A stretch of 64,000 bases of DNA, taken from the IMG/VR virus record IMGVR_UViG_3300045988_103931, positions 1 to 64,000 of that record; one strand, written 5' to 3'. A program made the translations under genes and the position numbers. Position 1 is the stretch's first letter. Every line of letters begins with the position of its first letter. This stretch comes from a virus. The notes below the pieces were generated by a model, which ran no database searches, was not told where the DNA came from, and saw only the letters and a program-made list of their open reading frames with translations. Positions 26,214-35,512 of the stretch are shown here, in pieces.

Positions 26214-26285
26214 TGAACAGTGATTTACATTTTGTTTACAAAATAATACAGAATTAATACCGCTAAAGTGGTAAAATATAATCAC
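26214..26285 (+). promoter_or_regulatory. early promoter/operator cassette c3
   Basis: TGAACAgtGATTTACAtttTGTTTACAAAATAATACAGAATtaATACC-N8-GGTAAAATATAATCAC. Confidence 0.6.
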
Positions 26286-26332
26286 AAGGAAGAACAAAAC
26301 ACAAACACAAAACAGGAAGAGAGAAAGAAAAA

Positions 26333-26620
26333 ATGAAACGCATTAATTTTGATAAGAACATTAAGGCAAGCACGATTGAGAAAGCATCAAAGAAGTTTGC
26401 TGAATATCTTGCAAAAAATGGTTACGAATGGGCGGCAGAAGAAATTATTGAGAGCGTTGAGAACGGGTATTTCTATTGCTCGAACGCGACAATAGCTAAT
26501 CTTGTCAAAGGCGGCAGACCCGTTCACCCCGAAACAAGCGACTGGACATACTACTGGGGAATTGAAAACGTAGATGGTAATGCCTGGTACGCATGGTTTA
26601 TCGAAAGAGTTGAAGATTAA
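26333..26620 (+). CDS. hypothetical protein
   Basis: 95 aa. It is the first ORF after c3. Confidence 0.5.
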   Translation: MKRINFDKNIKASTIEKASKKFAEYLAKNGYEWAAEEIIESVENGYFYCSNATIANLVKGGRPVHPETSDWTYYWGIENVDGNAWYAWFIERVED

Positions 26621-26724
26621 TAATTGTAGAGTGGCGGCGGCAACGCCGTTAATGCAGTCTAACGCAGATTCAACGCATTAAAACAGTGTTAGAGCGGTCA
26701 CAACTCCGCAGAAAGGTAAAAATC

Positions 26725-27201
26725 ATGAAACCCGAAAAAATAGAAATACACGGCAATATTTATGAGGTTTGCGACATTACTGATGGTAAAGTTTACTTGC
26801 AGTCGGTAAATGATGATTATCACATGGATTTATCATCTGAAGAATTTTGCAAATTGATGAAAAACAGAATTAAAGAGATAGACAAGATTCTCGATGATGA
26901 ATCTATCAGTGATGATGAGTTTCAAGATTTGACTGATGAAGCTAAATACTTTACCGCTTTATTAGGTAAGGTCGAAAGAGCAATGGAGTTTAGCAACGTA
27001 AAAGAAATCAAGCCAAATGAATGGACGGCGAATTTTCTGAATTCTTTCGGTGCAGTTCCTACCACTCATAACATATCCGTTAGGCAGTACGAAACGTTTA
27101 GAAAATTTAACAACGGAGATTCATTCAAGTACAACGGGTTGCGATATGATTTCGGAAAAGGGTGCGGCAATTACGCAACTCTTGTTATATCCAAACTTTA
27201 A
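26725..27201 (+). CDS. hypothetical protein
   Basis: ATG 26725 lies behind a hairpin plus AGAAAGG. Confidence 0.5.
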   Translation: MKPEKIEIHGNIYEVCDITDGKVYLQSVNDDYHMDLSSEEFCKLMKNRIKEIDKILDDESISDDEFQDLTDEAKYFTALLGKVERAMEFSNVKEIKPNEWTANFLNSFGAVPTTHNISVRQYETFRKFNNGDSFKYNGLRYDFGKGCGNYATLVISKL

Positions 27202-27253
27202 ATTAAATAAACCAAGCCGGAGTGGTTATTCTCCGCCAGAAAGGAATAAAACA

Positions 27254-27619
27254 ATGGAGTGCAAGTATTTAGATTTTGATAAGAGAGTTTGCAAAATAAC
27301 CGGCAAAGAAACTTTGATTCGTAATTGCGGCGAAAGAAACTACAGATGCCCAAAGTATGAACCAAAGTACGACCTGTTTGACAATCTGAATACAAAAAAT
27401 GAGGATGCGAAACGTGTCACAGCAGAACCACGGAAGAGGGTTCGTCGTAAGGATGTGTTCCTCGAACTGTTCCCGGACGCAAAAGTAGATATGTCCAATA
27501 CACCAACCATGCCCCCATGCTACATAGACAAAAACATACCGATAGACAGGCATATAGCTTGTACGCATGTACCCTGTGAAGAATGCATTAAAAAATATTG
27601 GAACGAAGTGGTTTGCTAA
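27254..27619 (+). CDS. Cys-rich hypothetical protein
   Basis: ATG 27254 lies behind a hairpin plus AGAAAGG. Confidence 0.5.
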   Translation: MECKYLDFDKRVCKITGKETLIRNCGERNYRCPKYEPKYDLFDNLNTKNEDAKRVTAEPRKRVRRKDVFLELFPDAKVDMSNTPTMPPCYIDKNIPIDRHIACTHVPCEECIKKYWNEVVC

Positions 27620-27671
27620 ATAAGTGTAAAATTAAACCTGTGCTATCGGGTTACGGGCAGAAAGGTATAAA

Positions 27672-28064
27672 GTGAAAAGAGTAAGTAAAATCATGATTGC
27701 GGCGGCATTAATTCTCTCAATGATGGGATGTACGCAAGCTGACATAGTATCAACAAACGTATCAAGAAATGCGGATAACTTCAATGTGTGCCGCAGAATA
27801 ACGGTTATCAATAGCCGCACAGATACGGTTATCTACGAGCTTGAAGGAGTGTTCTCACTGAGTAATGGCTATAATAACGAGCTTGAAGTTATTTGTCAGA
27901 CTGGCGAGAACGAATACAAAAAGCACTTCATTTATCTTACCGATACAGTGTTGTATGTCGTGGAAGATATGAGCGGTGCTGACGTATCTCCATATCATTA
28001 CGAAGTCACATTCTATCCGCAGATGGTTGGTGGTGTTGACGTAGATGTAAAGTGGGAGAATTAA
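27672..28064 (+). CDS. putative lipoprotein
   Basis: GTG start behind AGAAAGG. There is a signal peptide with a lipobox (LILSMMGC). Confidence 0.55.
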   Translation: MKRVSKIMIAAALILSMMGCTQADIVSTNVSRNADNFNVCRRITVINSRTDTVIYELEGVFSLSNGYNNELEVICQTGENEYKKHFIYLTDTVLYVVEDMSGADVSPYHYEVTFYPQMVGGVDVDVKWEN

Positions 28065-28805
28065 ATGAAATACATATACAAACCGAAAGGCAAGGCAAAA
28101 GAGTACGGAGATTATGCAATTAACATTTACACCGGATGTCCTCACAGGTGCTATTATTGCTTTGCTCCAAGTGTTTTGCGTAAAGACAAAGAAAAGTTTC
28201 ACACTTGCGTTGAACCGCGAGAAAACATTGTAGAGGGCGTAAAAAGACAGGTGGAGCGCGAGAACATTACAGGAAAGTTAATACACCTATGTTTCATTTG
28301 TGATCCGTACCCAAAAGGATATGACAGCACACCAACAAGAGAGATAATCAAAATTCTTAAAGGTGCGGGAAATCATGTGCAGATTCTCACAAAGAATGGA
28401 TTGGACGCTGCACGTGACTTTGATTTGCTTGACGGTGATGATTGGTTCGGAGTGACTTATGCAGGATATGACGAATATGTGCTTGACAGAACATATATCC
28501 CGATTGAAGAACCGGGCGCGGGAAGTCCGCATGATAGGCTTCTTGCTCTTGCGGTAGCACACAATAGAGGAATCAAAACATGGGTATCCGCCGAACCAAT
28601 TATTAACGCTGCCGATGTACTTCAAGTCATGGAATTTGCAGATTATGTTGACCGTTGGAAAGTCGGAAAGATGAATTATCACGAATCTAATATTGACTGG
28701 GCGGCATTCGGCAGACTTGCAGAAGCAACGCTTAATTCGTTACACAAAGAATACTACATAAAAGAAAGTTTAAGAAAGGAAATGGAAAATGGCAACAAAG
28801 ACTGA
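28065..28805 (+). CDS. radical SAM enzyme (COG1533 / spore-photoproduct-lyase-like)
   Basis: GCPHRCYYC (CxxxCxxC) lies near the N-terminus, with a downstream CDPYP motif. Confidence 0.65.
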   Translation: MKYIYKPKGKAKEYGDYAINIYTGCPHRCYYCFAPSVLRKDKEKFHTCVEPRENIVEGVKRQVERENITGKLIHLCFICDPYPKGYDSTPTREIIKILKGAGNHVQILTKNGLDAARDFDLLDGDDWFGVTYAGYDEYVLDRTYIPIEEPGAGSPHDRLLALAVAHNRGIKTWVSAEPIINAADVLQVMEFADYVDRWKVGKMNYHESNIDWAAFGRLAEATLNSLHKEYYIKESLRKEMENGNKD

Positions 28806-29439
28806 ACAGGTACTTGAAATTAGACTGATTGAGCTTGAAACAGTAACGCTCAAAATTGTAGGAGACACACCGCTTATCATGCACGCATGGAGTGAAAAGG
28901 CAAAGCGTGAAATGCTTGAAAAGCAGATGAAAGCAACAAAGACAAAGAGCCGTGATGCAAAGAATCCTGTAGAGGACTTCATTCGTTCTATGTATTGGCT
29001 GACACCAATGCCAACGGAAATGACAGAGGACGGATTCAATAAAGCTATCGTAGCAGGAGCAAGATTCGGTTTCCCTGTGACAGCATTCAAACAAGCTGCA
29101 ATCTCCGCTTCATATCGACTTGGATGGAGCAAAGACAAAATGTCTCTTAGAGGTGTATTCTTCATTGATGGAGACGAAAATCAGATGCTCGAAATCAAAA
29201 GTGACCCGCCGATTATGCGGGAAGATATGGTAAAGGTTGGTATGGGAACGGCAGATATTCGCTATCGTGGAGAGTTCCGTAATTGGAGCACGGATATGAA
29301 AATCACGTACAACAAAAACGGTCAGTATTCTTTGGAACAGATAATTAACATTATCAATGCGGGTGGTTTTTGCTGCGGCGTAGGCGAGTGGAGACCGGAA
29401 CGAGATGGACAGAATGGCACATTCCACGTAGCGACCTGA
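28789..29439 (+). CDS. hypothetical protein translationally overlapped with the radical SAM gene
   Basis: 216 aa with a 17-nt overlap. I recognised no family (GFPVTAFKQA..., GVGEWRPERDGQNGTF). Confidence 0.5.
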   Translation: MATKTEQVLEIRLIELETVTLKIVGDTPLIMHAWSEKAKREMLEKQMKATKTKSRDAKNPVEDFIRSMYWLTPMPTEMTEDGFNKAIVAGARFGFPVTAFKQAAISASYRLGWSKDKMSLRGVFFIDGDENQMLEIKSDPPIMREDMVKVGMGTADIRYRGEFRNWSTDMKITYNKNGQYSLEQIINIINAGGFCCGVGEWRPERDGQNGTFHVAT

Positions 29440-29440
29440 T

Positions 29441-29625
29441 TTTCGATAGGTTCGGCAGGTGAGGTGGGGTTAGGTGCGGCGAGTTCCGGTACGGTGCGGT
29501 TTGGCAGGTCTGGTAAGGTGCGGTATCGTGGGGCGCGTCTTGGCAAGGTTAGGCTCGGCAGGTATGGTATGGCGAAGTAAGGCGTGGCGCGGTTTGGCGT
29601 GGCAAGGCAGGTATGGATATACCAA
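29441..29625 (+). repeat. G/T-rich, C-poor degenerate repeat tract (non-coding)
   Basis: GGCAGGT occurs 4 times at ~50-nt spacing, GGTGCGG 3 times, and TTGGC 3 times. The composition is very different from the flanks. Confidence 0.6.
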
Positions 29626-29642
29626 ATTAGAAAGGAGTAACT

Positions 29643-30104
29643 ATGGTTTACAGTTGGAAAGAAGCGTCGAGAATTAAAGCCGACGCACAAATAGCAGGAG
29701 AAATGTGTGAGGAACTTGAAAGAACAGTAGGACTTACACCAAAGTCATTGGTAGACGCAAACAGAGACAAAACTGCTCCATTGCACGATGAATTTGAATG
29801 GAACAACGACATTGCAGCGGACAAGTACAGAGAGACACAGGCACAGTATATCATCAGAATGCTTTGTGTCGGCACTGAAAACAAAGAAAAGCAACCGTCA
29901 AGAGCATTTTATTCAATCGTGCAAGGCGATCACAAGTACGAAAGTCTTTCGGTTATCGTTGAAAGTGATGACAAGGCAAAGAAATTATTGCAAGCGGCAT
30001 ACAAAGAGTTGATGGCATTCAAACAGAAATATGAATCACTTGCAGAATTGATTCCTGTGTTTGACATTATCGACGAAGTAACGCAAAACATTGGCGAGAG
30101 GTGA
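29643..30104 (+). CDS. hypothetical protein (conserved-looking PLHDEFEWNND...YRETQAQYIIR motif)
   Basis: 153 aa with SD AGAAAGGAG. Confidence 0.5.
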   Translation: MVYSWKEASRIKADAQIAGEMCEELERTVGLTPKSLVDANRDKTAPLHDEFEWNNDIAADKYRETQAQYIIRMLCVGTENKEKQPSRAFYSIVQGDHKYESLSVIVESDDKAKKLLQAAYKELMAFKQKYESLAELIPVFDIIDEVTQNIGER

Positions 30105-30109
30105 TAAAA

Positions 30110-30313
30110 ATGAGCAACATGGAACACCTTATCGAAAACGGTTTAACTGCCGCTGCCGAAGCGCATAAAAACGGCAAAGACGCAAGAGAAGCGTTTTATC
30201 ATGAAATGTCGTTTCACTATAACGGGAATATGCTTATGAGCACACAAATGAAAAAAGAAGAGCTATGGGAAATAGTTCAGTATGTGTTGTTTACTTGGGA
30301 GAATGGAGAGTGA
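30110..30313 (+). CDS. hypothetical protein
   Basis: ATG 30110 lies behind GAGAGGTGA. The ORF-track GTG start at 30101 lies inside the SD. Confidence 0.45.
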   Translation: MSNMEHLIENGLTAAAEAHKNGKDAREAFYHEMSFHYNGNMLMSTQMKKEELWEIVQYVLFTWENGE

Positions 30314-30314
30314 A

Positions 30315-30725
30315 ATGAAAACAATCTCATCTGAATTAAAAAATGTATCTGATAATTTCCGTAAACTGCTAAACGATTATGCCTATGCAAGTCAGGAATG
30401 CGCAAAACTCGATAAGAGACAGCAGGACTTACTACACGCTATCGAGTTTGGCGATTATAACGAACGAAGAAAATTAGCAACACAACTTGCGGCAGTTAGA
30501 CGTGAACGAAGAATACATAAAGATACAATGGCAGTGCTTCAACCGATGTATGATTTGCTCGGAACGGACGCAGGAAAGAAGTTTACAAATCAGCTTACAC
30601 AGACGTTAGGCAGTACAAGAAAAGCAGAACAGTATCTCGAAACAAAAAGATATTTTCCGAGAATCATGAAAAATCTTGCATTTCAAAACGGACAGAAAAT
30701 AGGAGGTTCAAATGAGCATAAGTGA
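30315..30725 (+). CDS. hypothetical protein
   Basis: The ATG follows the previous stop by 1 nt. Alternative starts are 30282 and 30303. Confidence 0.45.
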   Translation: MKTISSELKNVSDNFRKLLNDYAYASQECAKLDKRQQDLLHAIEFGDYNERRKLATQLAAVRRERRIHKDTMAVLQPMYDLLGTDAGKKFTNQLTQTLGSTRKAEQYLETKRYFPRIMKNLAFQNGQKIGGSNEHK

Positions 30726-31290
30726 AGATTCAATACTCGTGAGAGAAACACTTAATAATATACAAACTCTAAAAAAGAAGTACCCGAAATTTACCTTAGA
30801 GCAGCTACCCGATGCACTTGAGATAAACGAAAAGTATGGAATCCCTATAGATGAAATAAGATACTACGGCGAATATGAATTAGTATGGAAATATAGCAGT
30901 TTTAGATTCCTCGTCTGCCACAAGTATGATCTCACAAATAAAGAGACATTCTATAAATTTGATACATCTAAATGGTATATCCGTCTCACATTCGGCAGAT
31001 GTGGAAGATTTAATTTCGTGACGGATTCAAGATGCTTATCCGATAGTCTTTATTACGAAAAAACAAACGAATTGTATCAGGCATTTCTCGAAAAACTTAT
31101 AAGCTATAGTCCGCTCGATTATGATCGCCTCAACGGAGAGTATCTGTTCACAGTAGAAAACGGCTATAGACTTTATAAGGATTTCAAAGAAATCTACGAA
31201 ACAACAAAGACAGCGATAAATAACGAGCTAAAGAATTTTAAAATAAAACAGCTGAAAGCGGAACTTGAAAAGCTTGAAACAGATAGCTAA
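30712..31290 (+). CDS. hypothetical protein
   Basis: 192 aa with SD AGGAGG. Confidence 0.5.
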   Translation: MSISEDSILVRETLNNIQTLKKKYPKFTLEQLPDALEINEKYGIPIDEIRYYGEYELVWKYSSFRFLVCHKYDLTNKETFYKFDTSKWYIRLTFGRCGRFNFVTDSRCLSDSLYYEKTNELYQAFLEKLISYSPLDYDRLNGEYLFTVENGYRLYKDFKEIYETTKTAINNELKNFKIKQLKAELEKLETDS

Positions 31291-31307
31291 CTTGTAGGAG
31301 AACGAAA

Positions 31308-31523
31308 ATGAAGATTAAATCAGGAACAAAAGTTAGAGTGACACACAAGCGTAAAGGAACCTTTACAGGATATGCGGCAGGAGATTTTGATACGGAAACA
31401 ACTGAATTTTATCCGATAAAGACGGCGCAGTTTGTAAGCGGAATGGCGAACGATTGGGATGAAGGCGAAATTATCCCTTGCAGAAACACACTGTGCAAGA
31501 TTGGAGTCTTGAAGGATGAATGA
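31308..31523 (+). CDS. hypothetical protein
   Basis: 71 aa with SD AGGAGA. Confidence 0.45.
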   Translation: MKIKSGTKVRVTHKRKGTFTGYAAGDFDTETTEFYPIKTAQFVSGMANDWDEGEIIPCRNTLCKIGVLKDE

Positions 31524-31749
31524 GATGACAGATGACCTCAAAAACATAGAAATACCAGTCGAACAACAGACGATGGTGGAAGTTATGCGTGACTCATATG
31601 AAGATTGCAGTATGATAAAATGTGTCGGCTGTCCAGATGGAAAACGCGCACGATTCGGCATGATGAGTTGTATCCTGTTCAAATACGCACGAAAGCTTTA
31701 CGAAGCAGGATTCAGACAGACAGAGAAAGGAGCAGGCAACAATGAATAA
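31516..31749 (+). CDS. hypothetical protein
   Basis: 77 aa. It overlaps its neighbours by 8 nt on each side. Confidence 0.45.
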   Translation: MNEMTDDLKNIEIPVEQQTMVEVMRDSYEDCSMIKCVGCPDGKRARFGMMSCILFKYARKLYEAGFRQTEKGAGNNE

Positions 31750-31969
31750 CTTTATCGAACTGCACCTGTGGGATGCGGTCAAAGACAAGGGCAACACTCC
31801 CGTGTTAGTCAACATAGGCACCATAGGACAAGTAATGATAGATTACAAAGCTCCCACCATTATATATTTTGGTACGGACGACTACATCAGAGTATCGGAG
31901 ACCTACGAAGAAGTAAAGCGGCTGCTCGCGACGGTCGAGTATGTGTACAAGGAGGAAGAGAATGACTGA
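31742..31969 (+). CDS. hypothetical protein
   Basis: 75 aa with SD AAAGGAG. Confidence 0.45.
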   Translation: MNNFIELHLWDAVKDKGNTPVLVNIGTIGQVMIDYKAPTIIYFGTDDYIRVSETYEEVKRLLATVEYVYKEEEND

Positions 31970-32285
31970 TTGGATTAGCGTAAAAGACAAAATGCCCGAA
32001 GTAGAAGAAAGAGTGCTCTTACTCACAGTAAATGATGTGGGCGACAAAAAGTTTTACCACATTACGATAGGCATGTACGAGGACGGTGCTGTTAACGCGG
32101 AATATAGCAAATATTCGTGGGATGAGAGCGCATATTACAGCATAATTGATTATGACGAGGAAAAAGATGCAGACTTTGTATGTAAAGGATGGTGGGAGAT
32201 GGGCGAGTATTCTGAAAAAGTCGCTTGGATTGATGATGAAGTTATAGGGTGGTTGCCGTTGCCGTCAGATCCACAGGAGGAATAG
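31962..32285 (+). CDS. DUF551-like protein
   Basis: MTDWISVKDKMPE...VIGWLPLP. ATG 31962 lies behind AGGAGGAAG. Confidence 0.6.
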   Translation: MTDWISVKDKMPEVEERVLLLTVNDVGDKKFYHITIGMYEDGAVNAEYSKYSWDESAYYSIIDYDEEKDADFVCKGWWEMGEYSEKVAWIDDEVIGWLPLPSDPQEE

Positions 32286-32286
32286 A

Positions 32287-32631
32287 ATGGATGAATTTCG
32301 CAAGGAAACAACACCACGCGCAAGGAAAGAGCATAAATGCGACCTGTGTCACGGGACAATACCAAAAGGCGAAAGATATGTGCATATTACACAGTCAGAC
32401 AGCGGAGATATCTTCGACTTCAAATATCATATAGGGTGCAGCAACTTAGTAGAACGATACGTAAGAAACGAAGGCGGCTACGTTGACGATTTTAAAGAGT
32501 ATAACGTAATCGAGGATATATTCGATAGGGTTTGTTTTGATTGTGTCCATAGAACAGGATGTGAAATACCGAACACAAGATATTGCGAAATTGCTACCTG
32601 CCCTCACGTTGTGGAAAGGTATCTGAGATGA
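32287..32631 (+). CDS. Cys/His-rich hypothetical protein
   Basis: 114 aa with SD AGGAGG. Confidence 0.45.
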   Translation: MDEFRKETTPRARKEHKCDLCHGTIPKGERYVHITQSDSGDIFDFKYHIGCSNLVERYVRNEGGYVDDFKEYNVIEDIFDRVCFDCVHRTGCEIPNTRYCEIATCPHVVERYLR

Positions 32632-33095
32632 CCTATAAACGCTATTGGGAACGCAACGGAACTCGTCGACCGTTTCCTCCGTTGTATGAAGCTATGAAAG
32701 CATACGGAGACGTAATGTACAAAGTGCCGGAGTACGTCGAGCCGAAACACTGTAAATGGTGCGGACAACCTCTGAGCGGCAGACGGACAAGTTTCTGCTC
32801 AAACGAATGCAGTAAAAAGTTTAATAGACTTACAGTTTGGCAAAGAGGACGTAACGCTTACTCACTAAGGATTCTGTACCGCGATAACTTCACTTGTCAG
32901 GACTGCGGCGAGTTTCACGCTTTCAAAAACGAGTTCGGAATTTTCGTTCCAATAGACGACGGGAAACTAAATGTACATCATATAGTGCCAGTATCAGAAG
33001 GCGGCGGCGACGAGCCGACAAATCTTGTCACGCTCTGCATAAGCTGCCATCTCAAAAGGCACGGAAAGAAAGAGAGAACGAAAAATGGAGATTAA
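32628..33095 (+). CDS. HNH endonuclease
   Basis: NVHHIVPVSEGGGDEPTNLVTLCISCHLKRH. The start makes an ATGA overlap with the upstream stop. Confidence 0.8.
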   Translation: MTYKRYWERNGTRRPFPPLYEAMKAYGDVMYKVPEYVEPKHCKWCGQPLSGRRTSFCSNECSKKFNRLTVWQRGRNAYSLRILYRDNFTCQDCGEFHAFKNEFGIFVPIDDGKLNVHHIVPVSEGGGDEPTNLVTLCISCHLKRHGKKERTKNGD

Positions 33096-33405
33096 AGAGG
33101 TTATAGAACAGCTCGAAAGTCTGTTACACGAAGCGCAGTATAACGTGGCTTGCAGTCCTGAAGAATATATGTATCAACGAGACGTAGAAGCACTCGAAAG
33201 CGCGATAAATATCCTAAAACACATTCCAATCGCTGACGTTACACCCGTAACTCACGCACGGTGGATTGATAACGGACGCGGCGGGTACGCTCATGCGTAT
33301 TTCTGCGGTAACTGCGGATGGATTGACGGACATCCGATGGAGGATAGACATAAATACTGCCCGAGCTGCGGCGCGATAATGGACGAAAGCGAGGATGAAG
33401 AATGA
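33085..33405 (+). CDS. zinc-ribbon hypothetical protein
   Basis: 106 aa, with CGNCG...CPSCG. Confidence 0.45.
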   Translation: MEIKEVIEQLESLLHEAQYNVACSPEEYMYQRDVEALESAINILKHIPIADVTPVTHARWIDNGRGGYAHAYFCGNCGWIDGHPMEDRHKYCPSCGAIMDESEDEE

Positions 33406-33421
33406 CAAGAGTGGTGAGAGT

Positions 33422-33841
33422 ATGGGAGTAACAATATACGCAAAGGGTGTTGACCGTTCTTTCGACTGCGGATATATCGGCTTCGCACATCTCCGAAACA
33501 GAATATGCGAAGTGTACGACAAAGACCTGTACAACGTCTATTCCGACATGAAGATGTGCGCATTGTATACATCCGAATGGACAGCGAAAATCAACGCCAT
33601 TTGCAATTTAAAACAGTTTCCAGACGAAGATAAAGACATTCTTGACTTCTTCTTCGAATCCGACTGCGAGGGCAAAATATCCTATAAGACCTGCAAGAAA
33701 ATCTACGACTTAATCAAAGACATTGACTTTGAGGGCAGAATATTTACCTATGCGGCACGTTCGGACAGCAAAGACTACGAACATTTAAAAGAATTTTTGA
33801 ACGAATGCTACCGAAAAAGAGTTAGTATGAGGTGGGGCTAA
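33422..33841 (+). CDS. hypothetical protein
   Basis: ATG 33422 lies behind GGTGAGAG. Confidence 0.45.
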   Translation: MGVTIYAKGVDRSFDCGYIGFAHLRNRICEVYDKDLYNVYSDMKMCALYTSEWTAKINAICNLKQFPDEDKDILDFFFESDCEGKISYKTCKKIYDLIKDIDFEGRIFTYAARSDSKDYEHLKEFLNECYRKRVSMRWG

Positions 33842-34200
33842 TGACGTGCAGAAAAGGCAGATACTGTATAACTTGCCGGAGTGGATTAAGAGGTATATGG
33901 ATTGAAGAAAAGACAGGCTATATCATAGACGATAAATTCGGATTCACAAAAAACGAACAAGGCTTCTATAGACCAACAGAAATAGAAACTGGAGTTTTCA
34001 TAAATGCGCCCGAAGGACTTAAATACAGTCTTGTACAGTCATATCAAAGCGTAAAGCGTTGTTTTGATGAACATCCGGGAGCTTTGGAAGCTTATAAGAG
34101 AAAAAGAGACACTAAGAAAGCCATGAAAATGATAGCAGAATACTGGGAGAAAAGCAATGACACGCAAGAGATACATAAAACTGCTGATGGGACGAGATAG
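33841..34200 (+). CDS. hypothetical protein
   Basis: TAATG overlap with the upstream stop; SD GAGGTGG. Confidence 0.45.
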   Translation: MTCRKGRYCITCRSGLRGIWIEEKTGYIIDDKFGFTKNEQGFYRPTEIETGVFINAPEGLKYSLVQSYQSVKRCFDEHPGALEAYKRKRDTKKAMKMIAEYWEKSNDTQEIHKTADGTR

Positions 34201-34594
34201 GTTCAACCGAAATGAAGCGAGATTACTTGCCGAAAGTGTACAAGTAATGCAAAGGTTTGCGGATAGGGTAAACCACATAGCGAAAAGCAGCGGTAAGCAA
34301 TACCGAGAAACATGGAGGGGCTATGCGTGGAACTGGAATCACAGAGATGAAGCTGAAACGGGAATAATAGTCAAATACTATGGCAAGGCTTATTGTCACC
34401 ACTGCCGCAAAGTTGTGCCACACGGATTACAAGACAAAGAACATACTTATTCGACAGGCAGGCTCGAATTTACGTATATCGAACGTGCGATATTTTGTGA
34501 CAAATGCGGAGAGCCGCTTTATGTAAGCGCAATCAATTATGAAAACGCAGAATCAAAACCGACAACATACTTAAAGGAGAAAAGAAAAGCATGA
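34157..34594 (+). CDS. hypothetical protein (MTRKRYIKLLMG family) with C-terminal zinc ribbon
   Basis: The N-terminus is paralogous to 34591..34827 and 53069..53254. Confidence 0.5.
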   Translation: MTRKRYIKLLMGRDRFNRNEARLLAESVQVMQRFADRVNHIAKSSGKQYRETWRGYAWNWNHRDEAETGIIVKYYGKAYCHHCRKVVPHGLQDKEHTYSTGRLEFTYIERAIFCDKCGEPLYVSAINYENAESKPTTYLKEKRKA

Positions 34595-34827
34595 CAAAGA
34601 AAAGATTCATTAAACTTTTGATGGGGGAATTACGCTATTCCCGAAACGAAGCGAGATATTATGCAGAGAAAGTACAACTCTGGGATGAAATCGCAAGCAC
34701 AAACAATTCCACATTTAAAAGCATTGGAGACAAAACAAGAGAAATTCCCGTGCCGTATATCGCACTTTACGGATTGTGCAAAAGAGAAAAGGAGATGGAG
34801 AAAGGAGAACAACATGGACGCGATTGA
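34591..34827 (+). CDS. hypothetical protein (MTKKRFIKLLMG family)
   Basis: It is a paralog of the previous gene's N-terminus. Confidence 0.5.
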   Translation: MTKKRFIKLLMGELRYSRNEARYYAEKVQLWDEIASTNNSTFKSIGDKTREIPVPYIALYGLCKREKEMEKGEQHGRD

Positions 34828-34930
34828 GTTTTTGAAAGAAAAAAAGAGAATGTATAAAACCATTTGCAATTGTGATGAGCGCAATCTTTACAAAGAAAAG
34901 GAAAATTACTGGCTTGCGGAGGTTGACTAA
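34814..34930 (+). CDS. small hypothetical protein (38 aa)
   Basis: ATG 34814 lies behind AAAGGAGAA. Confidence 0.35.
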   Translation: MDAIEFLKEKKRMYKTICNCDERNLYKEKENYWLAEVD

Positions 34931-35377
34931 ATGCGATGCAAAATAAGCGATTGCTTCAACTGCCCCTATCCCGACTGCATTAACGACACACCGCCGAAAG
35001 TCAAAAGCAAGAGAGCAAAAGAATATGAAAAAGAGTGGGCGAGAAAGAAACGCAAAGAATGCGCAGAGAAAGGCATATGCACAATATGTTTTAAAAGACC
35101 TGCCACTCAGGGATATAAAACTTGCAATGAATGCAGAACACGTACGAATCGTCAGCGGAAAGAACTTTACCGAGCCGCGACAGGTTGCACCCCGCGTTTT
35201 CTTTACGACGGAATAAACCTATGCTCGAAGTGTGGCAAACGTCCTCCAATGGAAGGTCACAAAATGTGCCAACAGTGCTATTCAAATAATAAATCGCCGT
35301 TTCCACTAAAAAACAATCAAAACAAAGCGTTCCGCGAGGAAATAGATGGATTCTGGAATGGGTACAAAAAGCAATGA
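34931..35377 (+). CDS. Cys-rich (multi zinc-ribbon) hypothetical protein
   Basis: 148 aa with repeated CxxC pairs. Confidence 0.5.
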   Translation: MRCKISDCFNCPYPDCINDTPPKVKSKRAKEYEKEWARKKRKECAEKGICTICFKRPATQGYKTCNECRTRTNRQRKELYRAATGCTPRFLYDGINLCSKCGKRPPMEGHKMCQQCYSNNKSPFPLKNNQNKAFREEIDGFWNGYKKQ

Positions 35378-35402
35378 ACCCATAAAAAACAGATCACTCA
35401 AT

Positions 35403-35475
35403 TGTGAATTCCTATTTACATTTTGTTTACAAAATATCGTAGAATTAGTGCCGCAAAAGAGGTATAATATATACA
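35403..35475 (+). promoter_or_regulatory. early promoter/operator cassette c4
   Basis: TGTGAATtcctATTTACAtttTGTTTACAAAATA...AGAAT...GGTATAATATATACA. Confidence 0.55.
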
Positions 35476-35512
35476 TACAAAAAAGAAAACAAAATCGCGG
35501 AGGAAATAAGAC

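Noticed and set aside
29322-29690. ORFs predicted across the G/T-rich tract: 29474..29677 on the + strand and 29322..29690 on the - strand.
   Set aside because: - Both translate into repetitive low-complexity strings (GLAGLVRCGIVGRVLARLGSAG... and ...PNRATPYFAIPYLP...).
- Neither has an SD.
- Both simply reflect the nucleotide repeat, so I treat the tract as non-coding.
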